Positions 13,248 through 26,080 of a DNA stretch of 64,000 nt are shown here, one piece after another. Positions within the stretch are counted from its first letter, which is position 1, and every line of letters begins with the position of its first letter. Made by a program: the position numbers and the translations under genes. The DNA comes from Octopus sinensis (lineage: Eukaryota), in NCBI RefSeq assembly GCF_006345805.1, contig NC_043021.1, positions 6,758,001 through 6,822,000 on the forward strand, in the 5' to 3' direction. The notes below the pieces were generated by a model that ran no database searches, was not told where the DNA came from, and saw only the letters and a list, made by a program, of their open reading frames with translations.

Positions 13248-13252
13248 TTATA
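12597..13252. repeat. Compound microsatellite (CA, ATCT, TA, TATAGA, TG/TA mixtures)
   Basis: Direct reading. Similar compound tracts at ~32195-32470, 52890-53400 and 57580-58100. Confidence 0.95.
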
Positions 13253-16002
13253 TGAACAAATACACCAAGTAAGTTATATTTACTTAAGACGAGGGCCCAA
13301 AACCTGGTCACAACCTTTAGTTACTGCCCCCAAGTACTTCTGATTTCGTGCCAATCATTCATTTTCTCTTTGCTCTCTTTTTTTCTCACTTTATCGCATC
13401 ATCTTTGTTCATCCATTCCATTTCTTTTGATAGTCATGCATGCCTCATACTACTAATACATTGGTTCCAACTGCCTGGCTACCTGGTGATGGCTACTAAA
13501 AATTAAAAAAACAAAAAAAAAATACTTCCTAAGCGGCTTCTTCTGACCGGGAGTGCTTCAGCAGGTTAATCTGTCCCTACTACTCGAGATTTCAAGTCTT
13601 TAATCAACTATTTTGAATTGAATTGAATTGAATTGAAGATATATATATAATAATAATAGACATGTTTTCCTCTCTTGAAACGTTTTGATTTTTCAGTTCT
13701 TAATGACTTGTTAGTTTGTTATGATGCTTTGCGATGATAATTAGAAATGTCCTTTTGTCATATGTTAATTAACAAATATATATTCATAGCTGCTGCTGCT
13801 TGATATATTGGGAGTTTTCTTCTTTTTTTTATTTCTTTGGTCTTTCATTACTAATACATCTTTACTAATGCTTTTCAGCTCCAAACATAATTTAAAATAT
13901 CAGAAAACAAGGAGGTACTCTTTGTTTTAACTTTTCGGGGACAAAGGCCTTTTTATAACTCTGCACAGAAGACTCAACCGTTTTCACAAGTTGTTAATAA
14001 TAATAATGATGATAATAATAATAATAATAATAATGGTTTCAAATTTTGCCACAGGGGCAGCAGTTTTGGGGGAGGGGATGAGCTGATTACATCGACCCCA
14101 GTTTTCAACTGGTACTCATTTTTACCGACCTCAAAAGGATGAAAGGCAAAGTTGGCCTCGGTGGAATTTGAACTCAGAACAGAGCAACGGGTGAAATAAC
14201 ACTAAGCATTACACTCAGTGTGCTAACGATTCTGTCAGCTTGCTGCCTTTATAATAATAATAATATGAAAATACTGGTGCTTGTAGTATTAAAATTCCCT
14301 AACAAGAATATATGTCCCATGACATTACATATATTCCTGAAGAGATTAGATTGTCCAGTGTCTTCTACTTTAGCTTCAGGTCAACCAGAGCTTTGTGAGT
14401 GGATTTGGCTGACAGAATCTGAGAGAAGCCAGCCATGCGTGGGTGGTGGGGGTAAAGAGAGAAAGAGAGAGATGTATGTGTATTCATATCTTCTTGACAT
14501 CATACTTTATTTGTAAACAAAACTTCACTGTTACCTGGAGAGTGTTGTTTGTTTGCAATCTCCCATGGAAACCACGTCTGACCATTGTACTGTTTCATGT
14601 TCGAAGAACCAGGGTATATATTACTTTGCTTGGAAGCAGTTGATAGTTTGCGATAAGAAGAGCTTCTGGTGGCCATGGAAAACCTGCCTCAGCGAATTTT
14701 GTCTGACCCAAAAAACCTTGAAAAGTGAATGTTAAAATGATGATGATGATGATGTGGTGGTGGCAGTGATTTGTCACTTACCTTTCTCTTCTAAATCTTC
14801 TGGAATCAAAAGTAGATTTAAAATGTATTGAAAATACAAAGAATACATAGAATTTTTCAAAAAATGTCCCCATCCCCCAAGAGAACTAGCTTTCGAAATG
14901 TGACATTGAGTGTTGAGGATGGTGGTATGTGGTATTATCATAACATAACTAACTGGAATGGTATCTGTTTGAAATCTACGGTGTACCTTCGATACTGCTC
15001 AATGTGTATTTTGGTGCCATCCATTATTGTTGCAGTGTTCATTCATCGATGTCTTTGTATCATGGTTACCTTTCACAACAGGGATGGTCAGTCTTATATA
15101 ATATGTTTGTGTGTGAATGTTATCTTTGTAGCTTCCATGTCCTTGTGAGTGGATTTGGTGGACAGAGACTGTGAAAACCCATTGTGTGTGCGCACGCACG
15201 CACACACACACACACACGTCTCTGCGTGTTTGGAGACCTCCCCCACTGCTTGACAAGTGGTGTTGGTTTGTTTACAGCCCTGTAACTTAGCACATAAGCC
15301 TAAGAGACTGATAAAATAATAACTAAAAAAATAAGTACTAGAGTTGGTATATTTCATTAAATCCTTCGAGGTGGTGCCCCAGCATGGCCACAGTCCAATG
15401 ACTGAAACAAATAAAAGCTATTATCCATTGCCTCAAATCTCAAACCTACGTGTTTTGAAGAGTTGTATTTGATTAAAGTGTTTTTTTTTGGGTTTTTTTA
15501 TATTCTGTATTCTACATGCCTTTTTCCCTAACCTTGCTGTTCTGAATTACTTTACATCTCTGCATGAAAGCCCAACTTTAACTTTTTACCAAACTCTCTG
15601 TTTCAATTTCAATAATAATATTTTTCAAATTTAGATAAAAACCAGAATGCTTCATCTGGGACGTTCCTCTGTTTCACCCCCTTTTTTGTCTACTAACTCA
15701 ATAATTCTTTTTGTGCGTGTCTATGTGTGTACATGTGTTGTTGTTAACCCACACAGATATGGGTATAGGCTGTTGTCCTCATTTAGCCCCGGGTCATTCC
15801 CAAATGAACACATAACCCTCATGTTCGAAAATATTTTCATAAATGTCTTGTTTTCAGTACAAGGCTACATTATTTCTAATTTGCCCTTATTTAATTTGAA
15901 TAATGGCATGCGTTAAGAGAGATTATTTGGTTGCTGTTTCCAGCAGATGGAACAAGCACTTATGTAGGCTATTCTTATTGGCATATATCTGTGCTGTTAA
16001 AA

Positions 16003-16340
16003 AGGACTAAGACCCCTTTCGGTCATGAATGACCATAGGATAGCTTCTAAAAAGTTACCCTCCAAGACAAAAGTCCGGGTAAGGTTGTTTATGAAAGACC
16101 AGTAGTCACCCATGCATACCAACCTCTCCTCTCCATGCCACTGATGTTATCCAAAGGAAAGGCAAAGGCTTATACGGCTTGGCACCAGTGACATCACAAC
16201 TCATTTCTACAGTTGAGTGAATTAGAACAACGTGAAGTAAAGTGTCTGGCTCAAAAACACAACACACAGCCTGGTCCAGGATTCGAGCTCACTACCTCGT
16301 GAATGTGAGCCCAGTGCTCTAACCATGAAGCCATATGCTA
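16003..16340 (-). mobile_element. SINE family C (diverged)
   Basis: Reverse complement of the 55142-55477 element (gacccctttcggtcatgaatgacc ... ctaaccatg). Confidence 0.7.
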
Positions 16341-16761
16341 TTATGTATGTGTATATTATCACATGCATCTTCCATAATGGCATGGGTTGAACAGTTTGAC
16401 AGGATCTGATGTGTGAAAAGCTGAATCATGTTCCTGTTCATGAAACGTTGCCATGGTTTCAGATGCTCAGTGCCCTTCCTAACACCAACTACTTTACAGG
16501 TTTTACTAGGTATTTTTTTTTTTGTTATATGATACCAACACTGGTGAGGCTGGCATATAACTTACTACACTAAAAACCTTCCTTGACTGAGTGGGTGTGT
16601 AGTAGAGAGGGGACATAGCTTAATCCTGGGGGTTGAACAGTTAAACTATGGATTACAGGAACAGATTTATTGCTGTAGAACAGTGGTTTGCAATCAGGGT
16701 CCATATGACCCTTAGGGGTCCATATACAATTTATCCGTTAAAATATATGTGCAATAAATAG

Positions 16762-17140
16762 GTGCAGGTGTGGCTGTGTGGTAAGAAGCTTGCTTTCCAA
16801 CAACATGGTTCCAGGTTCAATCCCACAGCATGACACCTTTGGCAAGTGTCTTCTACTATAACTTCAGACCAGCCAAAGCCTTGTGAGTGGATTTGGTAGG
16901 CAGAAACTGTCAACCAAATATATATATATATGTCTGCATATGTGTCTATGTATGCCTGTATTTGTTCCCCCAGTACCACCTGACAATCAGTGTTGGTGTG
17001 TTTACTTCCCCGTAACTTAGCAGTTTGGCAGAAGAGACCGATATAATAAGTATTAGTCCTGGAGTGTTTTGTTTGACTAAAACTCTACAAGGCCGTGCCC
17101 CAGCATGGCCGCAGTCAAAATACTGAAACAAGTGTAAAAA
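16762..17140 (+). mobile_element. SINE family A, possibly nested in an older hAT-like MITE (16681-17321)
   Basis: Family A consensus match. Outer imperfect TIRs cagtggttt (16681) / gaaccactg (17313-17321) are weak. Confidence 0.75.
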
Positions 17141-18587
17141 GTAAATTGATTATATTTCTACGGTGCACAAAATATCTTAATCTTTTTTATACAGTTCCTA
17201 TAACTTTTAATTATAAAAATATAATAGAATTTTTTAAAGCCATCAGATGACTATGAGGGTCCAGTAGAGTAAAATAGGAATCAAAGGGAGTCCATAGAGA
17301 AAAAGTGGATATGAACCACTGCTGAGGAGGAAATCTGTAATATAGCTATTCCCTTTATTATATAAGGATTGGTGAGAGAAGTTGGGATGAGGCTAGAAAA
17401 AGAAAACTGATGATAGGGTGTCAGAATGTACCTTCAGAATATAAGAAGGTGGCCAGAAGAGAGAATGGGGACAGAAGATCAGGAAGGGTAGGTGAATAGG
17501 GGTTGCAAGACTGTGGGAGGTGAGTGAGAGATGGTTAGAGATGAAGGTAGGGATGGAGTGGTGATCAGCAGTAAATATTAGTTAGAGGTGGTGAGGGGGG
17601 GAGAGAAATGACAAATGGATGTGAATAGAAATGGTTTGAGAGGGGAGGGGATGAGTGGTTGGTTGTACAGAAAGGGTGAAGAATAACAGCATAATGGCAC
17701 AGCGTTAGAGAGAATAAGGATGAGAGAGAAAATGACAGGTGGAAGTGGATGAGTAACAATTTCACAAGGTGTGGAGGTGATAAACCTTTAGTGACGGGGG
17801 GGTGGAGAAAAACAGGTACTTTGGGGTGAATTTAGTGATAAATAAATAAAGATGGGAGGATGAGTTGGTTGGGTAGTGTGATCGATGGTAGATATGAGAT
17901 TGTTAAGAATGATGGATGAAAGACAGGGGCAGACTGAGAGTACTGAGGTCCCTTGGGCCTAATTATTTACTGGAGCCCCTTAACATTAATTTGGTAGGGT
18001 TAACATGTAGAGTGTGGGTCCCTCAGAGCTCTGGGTCCTTAGGCAGTGCCTGATTGATCAACAGTTCAGTCCGCCCTTGATGTCAGAAGAAAGTGGGAGA
18101 GAGACGCCTGATAGCACAAATAGAGGATTGCAATATGTTGTTCTGTTCCCATTTAATTAAAGCAACAGAATAATGCATTCATTAGAGAAGTGATGGTGGG
18201 ATGAGAGACAAGAAGATGAGGGGCTAGGAAAGGCTCGATCTGTATGAATTGGTGCCGTGCTGAGTGAGGGTCCAGTATGTGCACAAAGCATTGCCCTGAT
18301 GGGAGGCTCTTCTTGAGTATAGTTTATCACCAATCTCAGTCTTTTGTCATCTCTGTGAGGCTCAATATCCTGAAATCAGCCTTCACTTCTTCATCCATGC
18401 CTTCCTGGGTCTCCCTCTTTCATAGATTCCATCCGCACTAAGCAATTGGCACTACTCACAAATTTCTGGCCTTGTCTCTAATTTAGAAGCAATTATTGTT
18501 GTTAATTAAAAAATTTTTTTTTTTGCTTCTTCCATGTTTCATGTTGTGGTGTCTTACTAAATGTTTAACTTTGATTTCTTCTTGTAG

Positions 18588-18700
18588 GGGTCAGCGAACC
18601 AACAATGGAATCTTGCCAGTGTAGTACCGAGCACATTTGGTCTGCCTACAGTGAGGCAAACGTCCCAGTCTCATTCAAGCAAGCGGCAAACTAAAAATAG
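18588..18700 (+). CDS. HIPK: HIPK internal coding exon (phase 0 start, phase 2 end): GSANQQWNLASVVPSTFGLPTVRQTSQSHSSKRQTKN(R)
   Basis: Pyrimidine tract ttgatttcttcttgtAG|18588 and donor 18700|GTttgt. The 113-nt exon is open, and its terminal AG plus the first G of the exon at 21175 gives an in-frame Arg. Ser/Gln/Lys-rich character resembles the segment before the KRVKENTPP motif of HIPKs. Not in the ORF track (no start codon). Confidence 0.72.
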
Positions 18701-18854
18701 GTTTGTGCTTTTACATTGCTTTATTTTTATCAAATAGTAATTTCCATGAAAGACATTGCAGACAACGAGGTAGAAAGTGATTTTGCCTTGCAGCAAAAGT
18801 GAAAGACATATCAGTTATTAAAGGCACCGGTTCCTTCAAAAACAAAATAATATA

Positions 18855-18991
18855 AGGTTGTCCCAAAAGTTCGTAGAAAGTCTTGGAAAATAATGGTCTT
18901 TATTTTGAGGAATAATTTTTGTTGTTTTTGTTAGTACTTGGCGAGTAAAACTTCAATTTTCACAAGTGTTTACGAACTTTTGGGACAACCT
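18855..18991. mobile_element. Tc1/mariner-like MITE just downstream of a HIPK exon
   Basis: Perfect 21-bp TIR aggttgtcccaaaagttcgta / tacgaacttttgggacaacct. Confidence 0.8.
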
Positions 18992-19239
18992 AATAATAAT
19001 AATAATAAGGAGAATTTCAAATTTTGGCACAAGGCTATTACATCAACCTTGGTGCTCAACTGGTGTATATTTTACTGGACCCGGAAAGGGGATGATTGGC
19101 AAAGTTAACCTCAGCAGAATTTGAACTCAGAATGTTTAAAGACAGATGAGATGCCACCGAGCATTTTGTCCATATATTCGCACCCATTTATTTGGATGTA
19201 TTTGTATGGTGGCATACGGAATAGAAGCTTGCTCATCAA

Positions 19240-19505
19240 GGCTACCATCACAAAAAGAATGTGGCACGTAAAAAGCACCATCCGCCCGTGGCCGTTTGCC
19301 AGCCCCGTCTGGCACCTGTGCCAGTGGCACGTAAAAAGCTCCCACTACAATCGCGGAGTGGTTGGCGTTAGGAAGGGCATCCAGCTGTAGAAACACTGCC
19401 AGATCACACTGGGGCCTGGTGCAGCCTTCTGGCTTCCCAGACCCCAGTTGAACCGTCCAACCCATGCTAGCATGGAAAGCGGACATTAAATGATGATGAT
19501 GATGA
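19240..19505 (+). mobile_element. (GAT)n-tailed RTE-related retroposon
   Basis: ...ttggcgttaggaagggcatccagctgtag...ccaacccatgctagcatggaaagcggacattaaa(tga)n. Related copies at ~36120-36440, 46790-46990, 55495-55732, 60059-60270, 60372-60597 and 61150-61425. Confidence 0.8.
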
Positions 19506-20709
19506 GGAGGATGATGTGAAGTTATGTTACAAATTACGAAGCTAAAAATTTGAAAGGAATTTTATGGAAGTTTCTGGAAAGACAAAAGATATTCAAGGGA
19601 GGTAATTTTGTGAAATCATTTTGTTTCTTCGATAATTTCCATATTAGGAATATTGTTAACTACGGATGGATTGGGATTTTTTTTTTTTTTTTTTTTTTGC
19701 TGAGGCTGTTTAATTGTGAATAGTCTGTTTATTGCTTAGGACATTTAATTAAATAAACTGTTAATTTCAGATTGTTCTAATTAGACTGTATATTATAGCG
19801 GCTGTTTAAGTTTAAATGAATAAACTTTATCACAGAGGTTATTTAGTTGTAAATAAACTATTAATTAGACTATGTTTAATTATATAGAGACTTAACTACA
19901 AAGATTTTTAATTGTAGATAATGTTAATTACAGAGGTTGATCAATTATGAAGGAACTATTAATTACAAAAAGCTGTTTAATTATAGACTAGCGGTTTCAC
20001 ATGGCCCATTTTGGAAATTGTTGTTCTTGTTATTTAGCCCCAGGGGAGCCCTGAACGAGCAGATTTCTAGTCAAATGTATTTCAGCCCTGTATTGTTTAA
20101 AACTTTACTAAAGGGACGAAATAGTTTAAATTGCATTTTCGCTCAGTTTGAAGTTAGTGTAGAGTTGTCTCTCTTTGAACTTCCCCCTAAGCTTTAGAGA
20201 GCTCCTTAGCCCCTGTTACAAGATACACCTATACCTCATCACACTACACATCAGCAATTATTCTTCTGTAGTAAATAATCATCGATGGGTTTCTAAAAAC
20301 TGATCAAGGGTTTTGGGTGAAGGCACACATATTAAGGAGGCTTCTTCCGGTTGATGCTATTTATTCCATCACCCCAACTTTCTTTAACCGACTTTGCAAC
20401 TATTTCAGTGTTACTGCAAAATTCAGTGCCTTTGAACAAGCACCACTTAGAAAATCTCTCAGAAGTACTTTTCTAATCAAGCCTTGCTGATGAGGTTAAA
20501 TAGTCTGGATGTGGTCGGTTTAAATGCTAAAGGTTTGAATCTTGGACAGTAACAAGATTTAACTTAAAACTGCTGCTTGAGTTGTAGTTCCTGTCTCTTT
20601 TCCATCTACCAGTCTTAGAAATGCTAAAGAAAATGAACAAGTAATAGGCAGTGCCCTTTCTCTCTTTAGTTGTAGAGCCCCTGCAAAAAACGTTATAGGT
20701 ATTGATCAA

Positions 20710-20939
20710 AGGCGGCGAGCTGGCAGAAACGTTAGCACGTCGGGCGAAATTCTTAGTGGTATTTCGTCTGCCGTTACGTTGTGAGTTCAAATTCCACCGA
20801 GGTCGACTTTGCCTTTCATCCTTTCGGGGTCGATTAAATAAGTACCAGTTACGCACTGGGGTCGATGTAATCGACTTAATACCTATGTCTGTCCTTGTTT
20901 GTCCCCTCTATGTTTTAGCCCCTTGTGGGTAATAAAGAA
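20710..20939 (+). mobile_element. tRNA-headed SINE, family B, full length, in a HIPK intron
   Basis: Perfect 15-bp TSD ataggtattgatcaa at 20695-20709 and 20940-20954. B-box-like gagttcaaattcc. Many related copies in the window. Confidence 0.9.
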
Positions 20940-21174
20940 ATAGGTATTGATCAATTCCCTCCAATTGAGGAGGTCTGCAAAAGGTTATGAGCATCAGAGT
21001 TTCCTTTTCTAAGACCCCAAAGAAAAAAAAAAAGGTTAAATGCTTTTTTGTTTTGGTATTAAACTAGATGAAAGAGGTATTCAGTGTTGTTGGTTTTAGT
21101 GTGTCGTGTTTGGTACCCCTTACAGAACCAGTTTTAATGTGAAACGTTTGTCTCTCTCTCTCTCTCTCTCACAG

Positions 21175-21513
21175 GACCAGTAAGGAAATATGTACCTCAA
21201 CCCAGTTATCTCCTGTGAAAAAGCGTGTGAAGGAGAACACACCACCACGACTGGACAGCTTGCACAAAGAAGAGATCCTGCGTCTAACTGGCTGGAGCAA
21301 TGAAGCACAAGCGGTGCCATTGGGTAGCAAAGTCAGCAGCAGCGGCAGCAGCAGCAAGAGTAGCAGCCACACAGGTACAAGAGGTTCAGGTGACCACCGC
21401 CAGACTATTGTTATAGCCGACACTCCTAGTCCAGCGGTCAGCGTAATCACCATCAGCTCTGATAGTGAGGATGAAGAAGAATCCAAGAGGCATTTAAAGG
21501 ATACGGTCAAAAA
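21175..21513 (+). CDS. HIPK: HIPK coding exon with NLS-like [10 protein letters not shown] and SUMO-interaction/PEST motif [28 protein letters not shown]
   Basis: Acceptor (tc)n-acAG|21175 and donor 21513|GTaagg. Both motifs closely match vertebrate HIPK1/2 ([37 protein letters not shown]), recognised from memory of the family. Confidence 0.95.
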
Positions 21514-21892
21514 GTAAGGTTCCTGCTTTTTTTTTTTTTTTTTTTGCTCTTAAATCATTCCTTTTGTTGTCTTTTGTTTTTCCTTTTCTTCTAGTAATGT
21601 CATCTCTTTCATCTCAGCCACTATCTGTCATCGTCTGTCATTCTGTCACCGTCTGTCATCTCTGTCTGTCACTGGCTTTGTTTAGAAAGTAAATAAAGTT
21701 CTTACCCGTTTCTGTCAGACGGTATATAATTGTCAAGAGAATAGTATCAAAGATTGTTTAATGTTGTCGTTTGAGAACATTTTGATTCAGAGCAGGGAAG
21801 ATGAGTAAATAAAACCATTAACAAAGAGGATTCTAGTGTGTGTAATAAAGTTACGTAAATGTTTTGACAATGTAATTATTCTGTGTCATTAA

Positions 21893-22112
21893 CCCTTTCG
21901 TTACTGTATTTCTGTTGAGATGCTCTGTGTTTCTTTCAATTACTTTAAATATAACAAAGAATTTAGTAAAATAACTTAGTTATCGTTCAGCTAGTGTTAG
22001 GAACATAAATTGTGTCTGAGGTTTGGTGGAAGATTTTAATTCAAAACTTATGAAAACAAGATATTTGTACTCAGGGCCAGAGCCGGTTTCGGCCGGGTTG
22101 GTAATGAAAGGG
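21893..22112. mobile_element. piggyBac-like MITE (220 bp) in a HIPK intron
   Basis: TTAA at 21889-21892 and 22113-22116. Termini CCCTTTCGTTAC / GTAATGAAAGGG (11/12 inverted match). Confidence 0.85.
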
Positions 22113-22179
22113 TTAAATAACCTCTTATCCTTTTCTGTAAGCTGTTGAAATGTGTTGTTTCCCTTTCATAGAGCAACCC

Positions 22180-22211
<32 letters not shown>

Positions 22212-22305
22212 TTCTCTCACACACACACACACACACGTCTACTACAGCTGTTTCTGTTACAAACTCACCATTGACCGGTTTCTCTCCCCCGTTTCTCCTC
22301 TGCAG

Positions 22306-22381
22306 AGTTCGTGATGTACATACCAGTACTAAACACAGCAGCCATCAGACATCTGCGCATCAGCCACGGCAGTACCAACAG

Positions 22382-22413
<32 letters not shown>

Positions 22414-22535
22414 CAGTAATCACAGCAGTACTAGCAGCAGTAGCAGCAGCAGTCATGTCAACAATCCTTATGTCCAGAACAGCAATAGTGTCGACAGTGG
22501 CAACTGTAGCTCAAGATCAGGATCGTCAGCTTTCG
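22306..22535 (+). CDS. HIPK: HIPK coding exon with Q12 and poly-Ser low-complexity tract
   Basis: Acceptor tttctcctctgcAG|22306 and donor 22535|GTcagt. The phase 2 start matches the previous exon (AA+A=Lys) and the phase 1 end matches the next (G+GT=Gly). Frame equals ORF 22271..22615. Confidence 0.85.
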
Positions 22536-24016
22536 GTCAGTATTTCCCAAAACACTGCGTAACCCAGTTTTTGTCCCCAAGCAGCAACTGCTATTTCTTA
22601 TTTGCTTACCCCTAGAAAATATAAAAAATGGTTAATATTTCCTTCAAACTTTGCTTTTGTTACATTTATTCAAACCCCAAAGAATCCCTCTCGACACATG
22701 GCTATAATGCTCTCCCACTGCTCCTGTTCATCATCAGAGATGCACATATTGTCAGCCGCTAAGGGACATGTTCTGGTGGTTAAGATCAAGCAACTGACAA
22801 GCATATCTATGGTATTCAGCAGAATATTTGCTATAACGATATTTCTGCTTCAGTAACTCAGGGCTGAATCTGTTTAAAATGTAATGGAAAATAGGTCAGT
22901 TTCAAAACATTGATGTTCAGGTACAAAAGTTTGAAGGGAATAGTAGTCATTTCCTTTGATTTCTTGATGGAACCAAATAGGAAATAACACTTGCTGACCA
23001 AACACAAGCAAATCTGTGGTATTGAACAGAATGTTTGCTATAACGATATTTCTGCTTCAGCAATTTGGTGCTGAATCTGTCTGAAATGTAATGGAAAATA
23101 GGACAATTTCAAAACATTGACATCTAGGTGAGGAAAGCAAAGTTTGAAGGGAAAAGTAGTCATTTCCTTTGATTTCTAGATGGAAGCAAATAGGAAATAA
23201 CTCTTACTGACCAAAGACAAAAACACAAAAATTTTGTTACACAGTGTAATATATTGCCATTCTTGTTGCTTATCAACAGTGACTCTGTTAAACTCTTTAG
23301 TATTCAGATTGCTCTGACAAATGTAATGCTTATTTATTCACATTGTTTTGAGCTAATCATTCCTTGTGTTGAAGCTTCAAGATTCTGATGATCTGGTAGT
23401 TTATTTCTAGAATGACATTGCAGGGTAGGTGTGTAAGGCTGGATCTGTCCAGTTTTGAACATAAAACAGGCAGAATATTTGGGCCAGATGTGACCAGTTT
23501 AAATGCTAAAGGGTTTTTTTTTATTAGTTTATTAGTTGTAGTGAAATTTTGGAATTTGGATAAATTCATTTGCCATTGTAAGAAGAGAAATCTTAAAAAA
23601 TGATAGAAATTTTTTCCTTCTTTTCACATACGAAGGAGCAGACCCTAAACATCAGATGCCCTGTCTTGTATTCAGATTACTTTGTCAAATGTAATACTTA
23701 CATATTCACATTCTTTATAAAATTAATCCTGTATTTTCTCGTAGCTTTGAGATTTTGAAGACGTGATTGTTTATTTTTAGAATGACATTGCAGGGTAGGT
23801 GTGAGAGGCTGGATCTGGTTAGTTTGATCATTAAATAAGTAGAATATTTGGGCCAGATATGACCAGTTTAAATGCTAGAGGGTTTAGCTGATATGAAAAA
23901 CTATAGGCCTGTACTATGAATTATAAGCCAGTACCTTGTATTGGCATAATTATTATCATGTTATGAAACCATTTTCAACTTTCTACTTTCATTGTTTTGT
24001 TTATTTCTCTTGACAG

Positions 24017-24959
24017 GTTCTCCAAGAGTGCGAAAGAATGTGATTAGCTGTGTAACAGTACCTGACAGCCCTGATCTAGATCATATTTCTGCTGTAGCAG
24101 CATCTGCTAGCAACTCTGCCCACAGTGCTCGCAAGCCACTTACTTTTACCCCTATTAAACATGAAATTACCTCCTCCTCCTCTTCCAGCAATATTGCTAA
24201 CATGAAAAGCATAGCAGCTGTCTCTTCTTCCTCATCTTCATCGTCGTCCTCTTCTTCATCTTCATCCTTGGGTGGCTGCCCAGCTGCGTCTGTCTCCGCG
24301 ACTACGACTAACTCAGCCTTGATCCCCGACAGTAACTATGTCAGCAGTAATAATGGCAATGGCAGCTACATTAAAAGCCACATGGTCCCTCCGAATCAAA
24401 GACAACATGTTCCTGCATCAAGTGCTGCTATGAGAGCTACATCAGCATCTCTCTCATTCATTCCACCCAATGTCGTGATGGCCGAATCGTCTCGGCATCA
24501 CAAGTACCGCGACCATGTGACCAAAACCTCCCCTTTCGTGACACACATTCCCAAGCAGGAAGTTTCTTCGCTGTCCTCGTCATTTCTTTCTTGTGCATCG
24601 TCTGCTGACCGACTACACGTGAACAGAAGTCCAGTCAAACATGAAGTGAAACCACTCCCGCTAGAAGTTGAAGTAACCAGTGCATCATCTATTCATAGTA
24701 AACTTGCCTATGTTTCTCCGACAGTCCGACTCAGCCAGAACCAGCCGCGAACACTTCATGGCCATTCATCTCATCGGAATTTTATCGGTCACCAGCCAGC
24801 TGGTACATTAGTAGCCACTGTGCTCAACAGTAAACAGCGTGTCCCAAATGGCCTCAACACTGCAGCAAATAATTCCTCTCAACTCTCTCCAGCTCAGCCC
24901 AATGTACATATTGGGCAGCCTATCTTTCTAAATACTGGCTCTCAAGTTGAAGTACATAG
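24017..24959 (+). CDS. HIPK: HIPK large coding exon (SPRVRKNVISCVTVPDSP... Ser/His/Pro-rich C-terminal region)
   Basis: Acceptor ttatttctcttgacAG|24017. The 943 nt are open (ORF 23992..24963) and KNVISCVTV.DSP is a conserved HIPK motif. It ends at a consensus donor AG|GTAAGT (24960) that also contains an in-frame TAA (24961-24963), so the true 3' end is ambiguous. Confidence 0.9.
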
Positions 24960-25486
24960 GTAAGTGGACTGCCTTGTTTCCCTCCCGTGTCTTCACCCCC
25001 CAGACCTAATCCAGTAAGTGGACTCCTTACAGTTTACTGCCCGCACTCAGCAAAGCGTATCTCTCTTTTCCTCTTTCTAAAACATCCAAACCATGTCTTC
25101 TGTCATACAAGTTGGGTAGGGCGGGCAGGCTATCATCAAAACTTAGACTGTGCACACCATTTGGAGGAGGAACTCTCAACTATGTCACCCTGTATTTGAT
25201 CGAAACTGTTTTGCACTTTTTTCTACATCTATCTTGTTGGCTTAGAGAATATCAGTTGCCCTAAAGCAAATAAAACCCCCACAAAAGCCCACCCCAGCCC
25301 CCAAAGCCGAAATGAAAGAAGAAAAAAAAAGACAGAAAGACCCAAAGAATGAGCAGCTGGAGAAACTCTTGTTATCACTCACTCACAGCTTGTAAAATCC
25401 GTCAAGTTTTGACATCAGCTGGACCGAATTCTTCTTGAAATAATGCTTCCCACACCTATTGCTTGCTTGTTTGCTTATTTTTGAAT

Positions 25487-25523
<37 letters not shown>

Positions 25524-25989
25524 TAACTTCTGCTGTAAATCTTTTAACTATCATCTTGGCCTGAAACCCAAGGAACCGTACAAGAGAAACGAAAGAAAAA
25601 TGCAAAAAAAAAACAACAAAATAATAATAAACAGAAGAAAGAAGGAACGAAAACACAAAAGCCAGCCATTCTTCCAACTTGGAACTGAATGATAGCCTCC
25701 TCCTCTACTTTTTAAAATAGAATGAAATTTTTTTTTTTTTTAACCTTCTGTCTTTATTTGCTTTTTTTTTTTTTCTGGTGAAAAAAAAAAAAATCTAAGT
25801 TTCCATGACGGCTGCTGGCTTGCTGGTTTGTTCAGCATGTGTTATTACAATAGTAGCTGCTCCATCTGGACTGAGCCGAGAGATGGGGGACATCCATTTT
25901 TACTGCATGGTTCAAATACGACTTTCTCAATTGATGTAGTCACCACAATCAGTCTTTTTGTTGTTCTCTCTCTCTATCTCTCTCTCTCT

Positions 25990-25990
25990 A

Positions 25991-26022
<32 letters not shown>

Positions 26023-26028
26023 CATATA

Positions 26029-26080
<52 letters not shown>

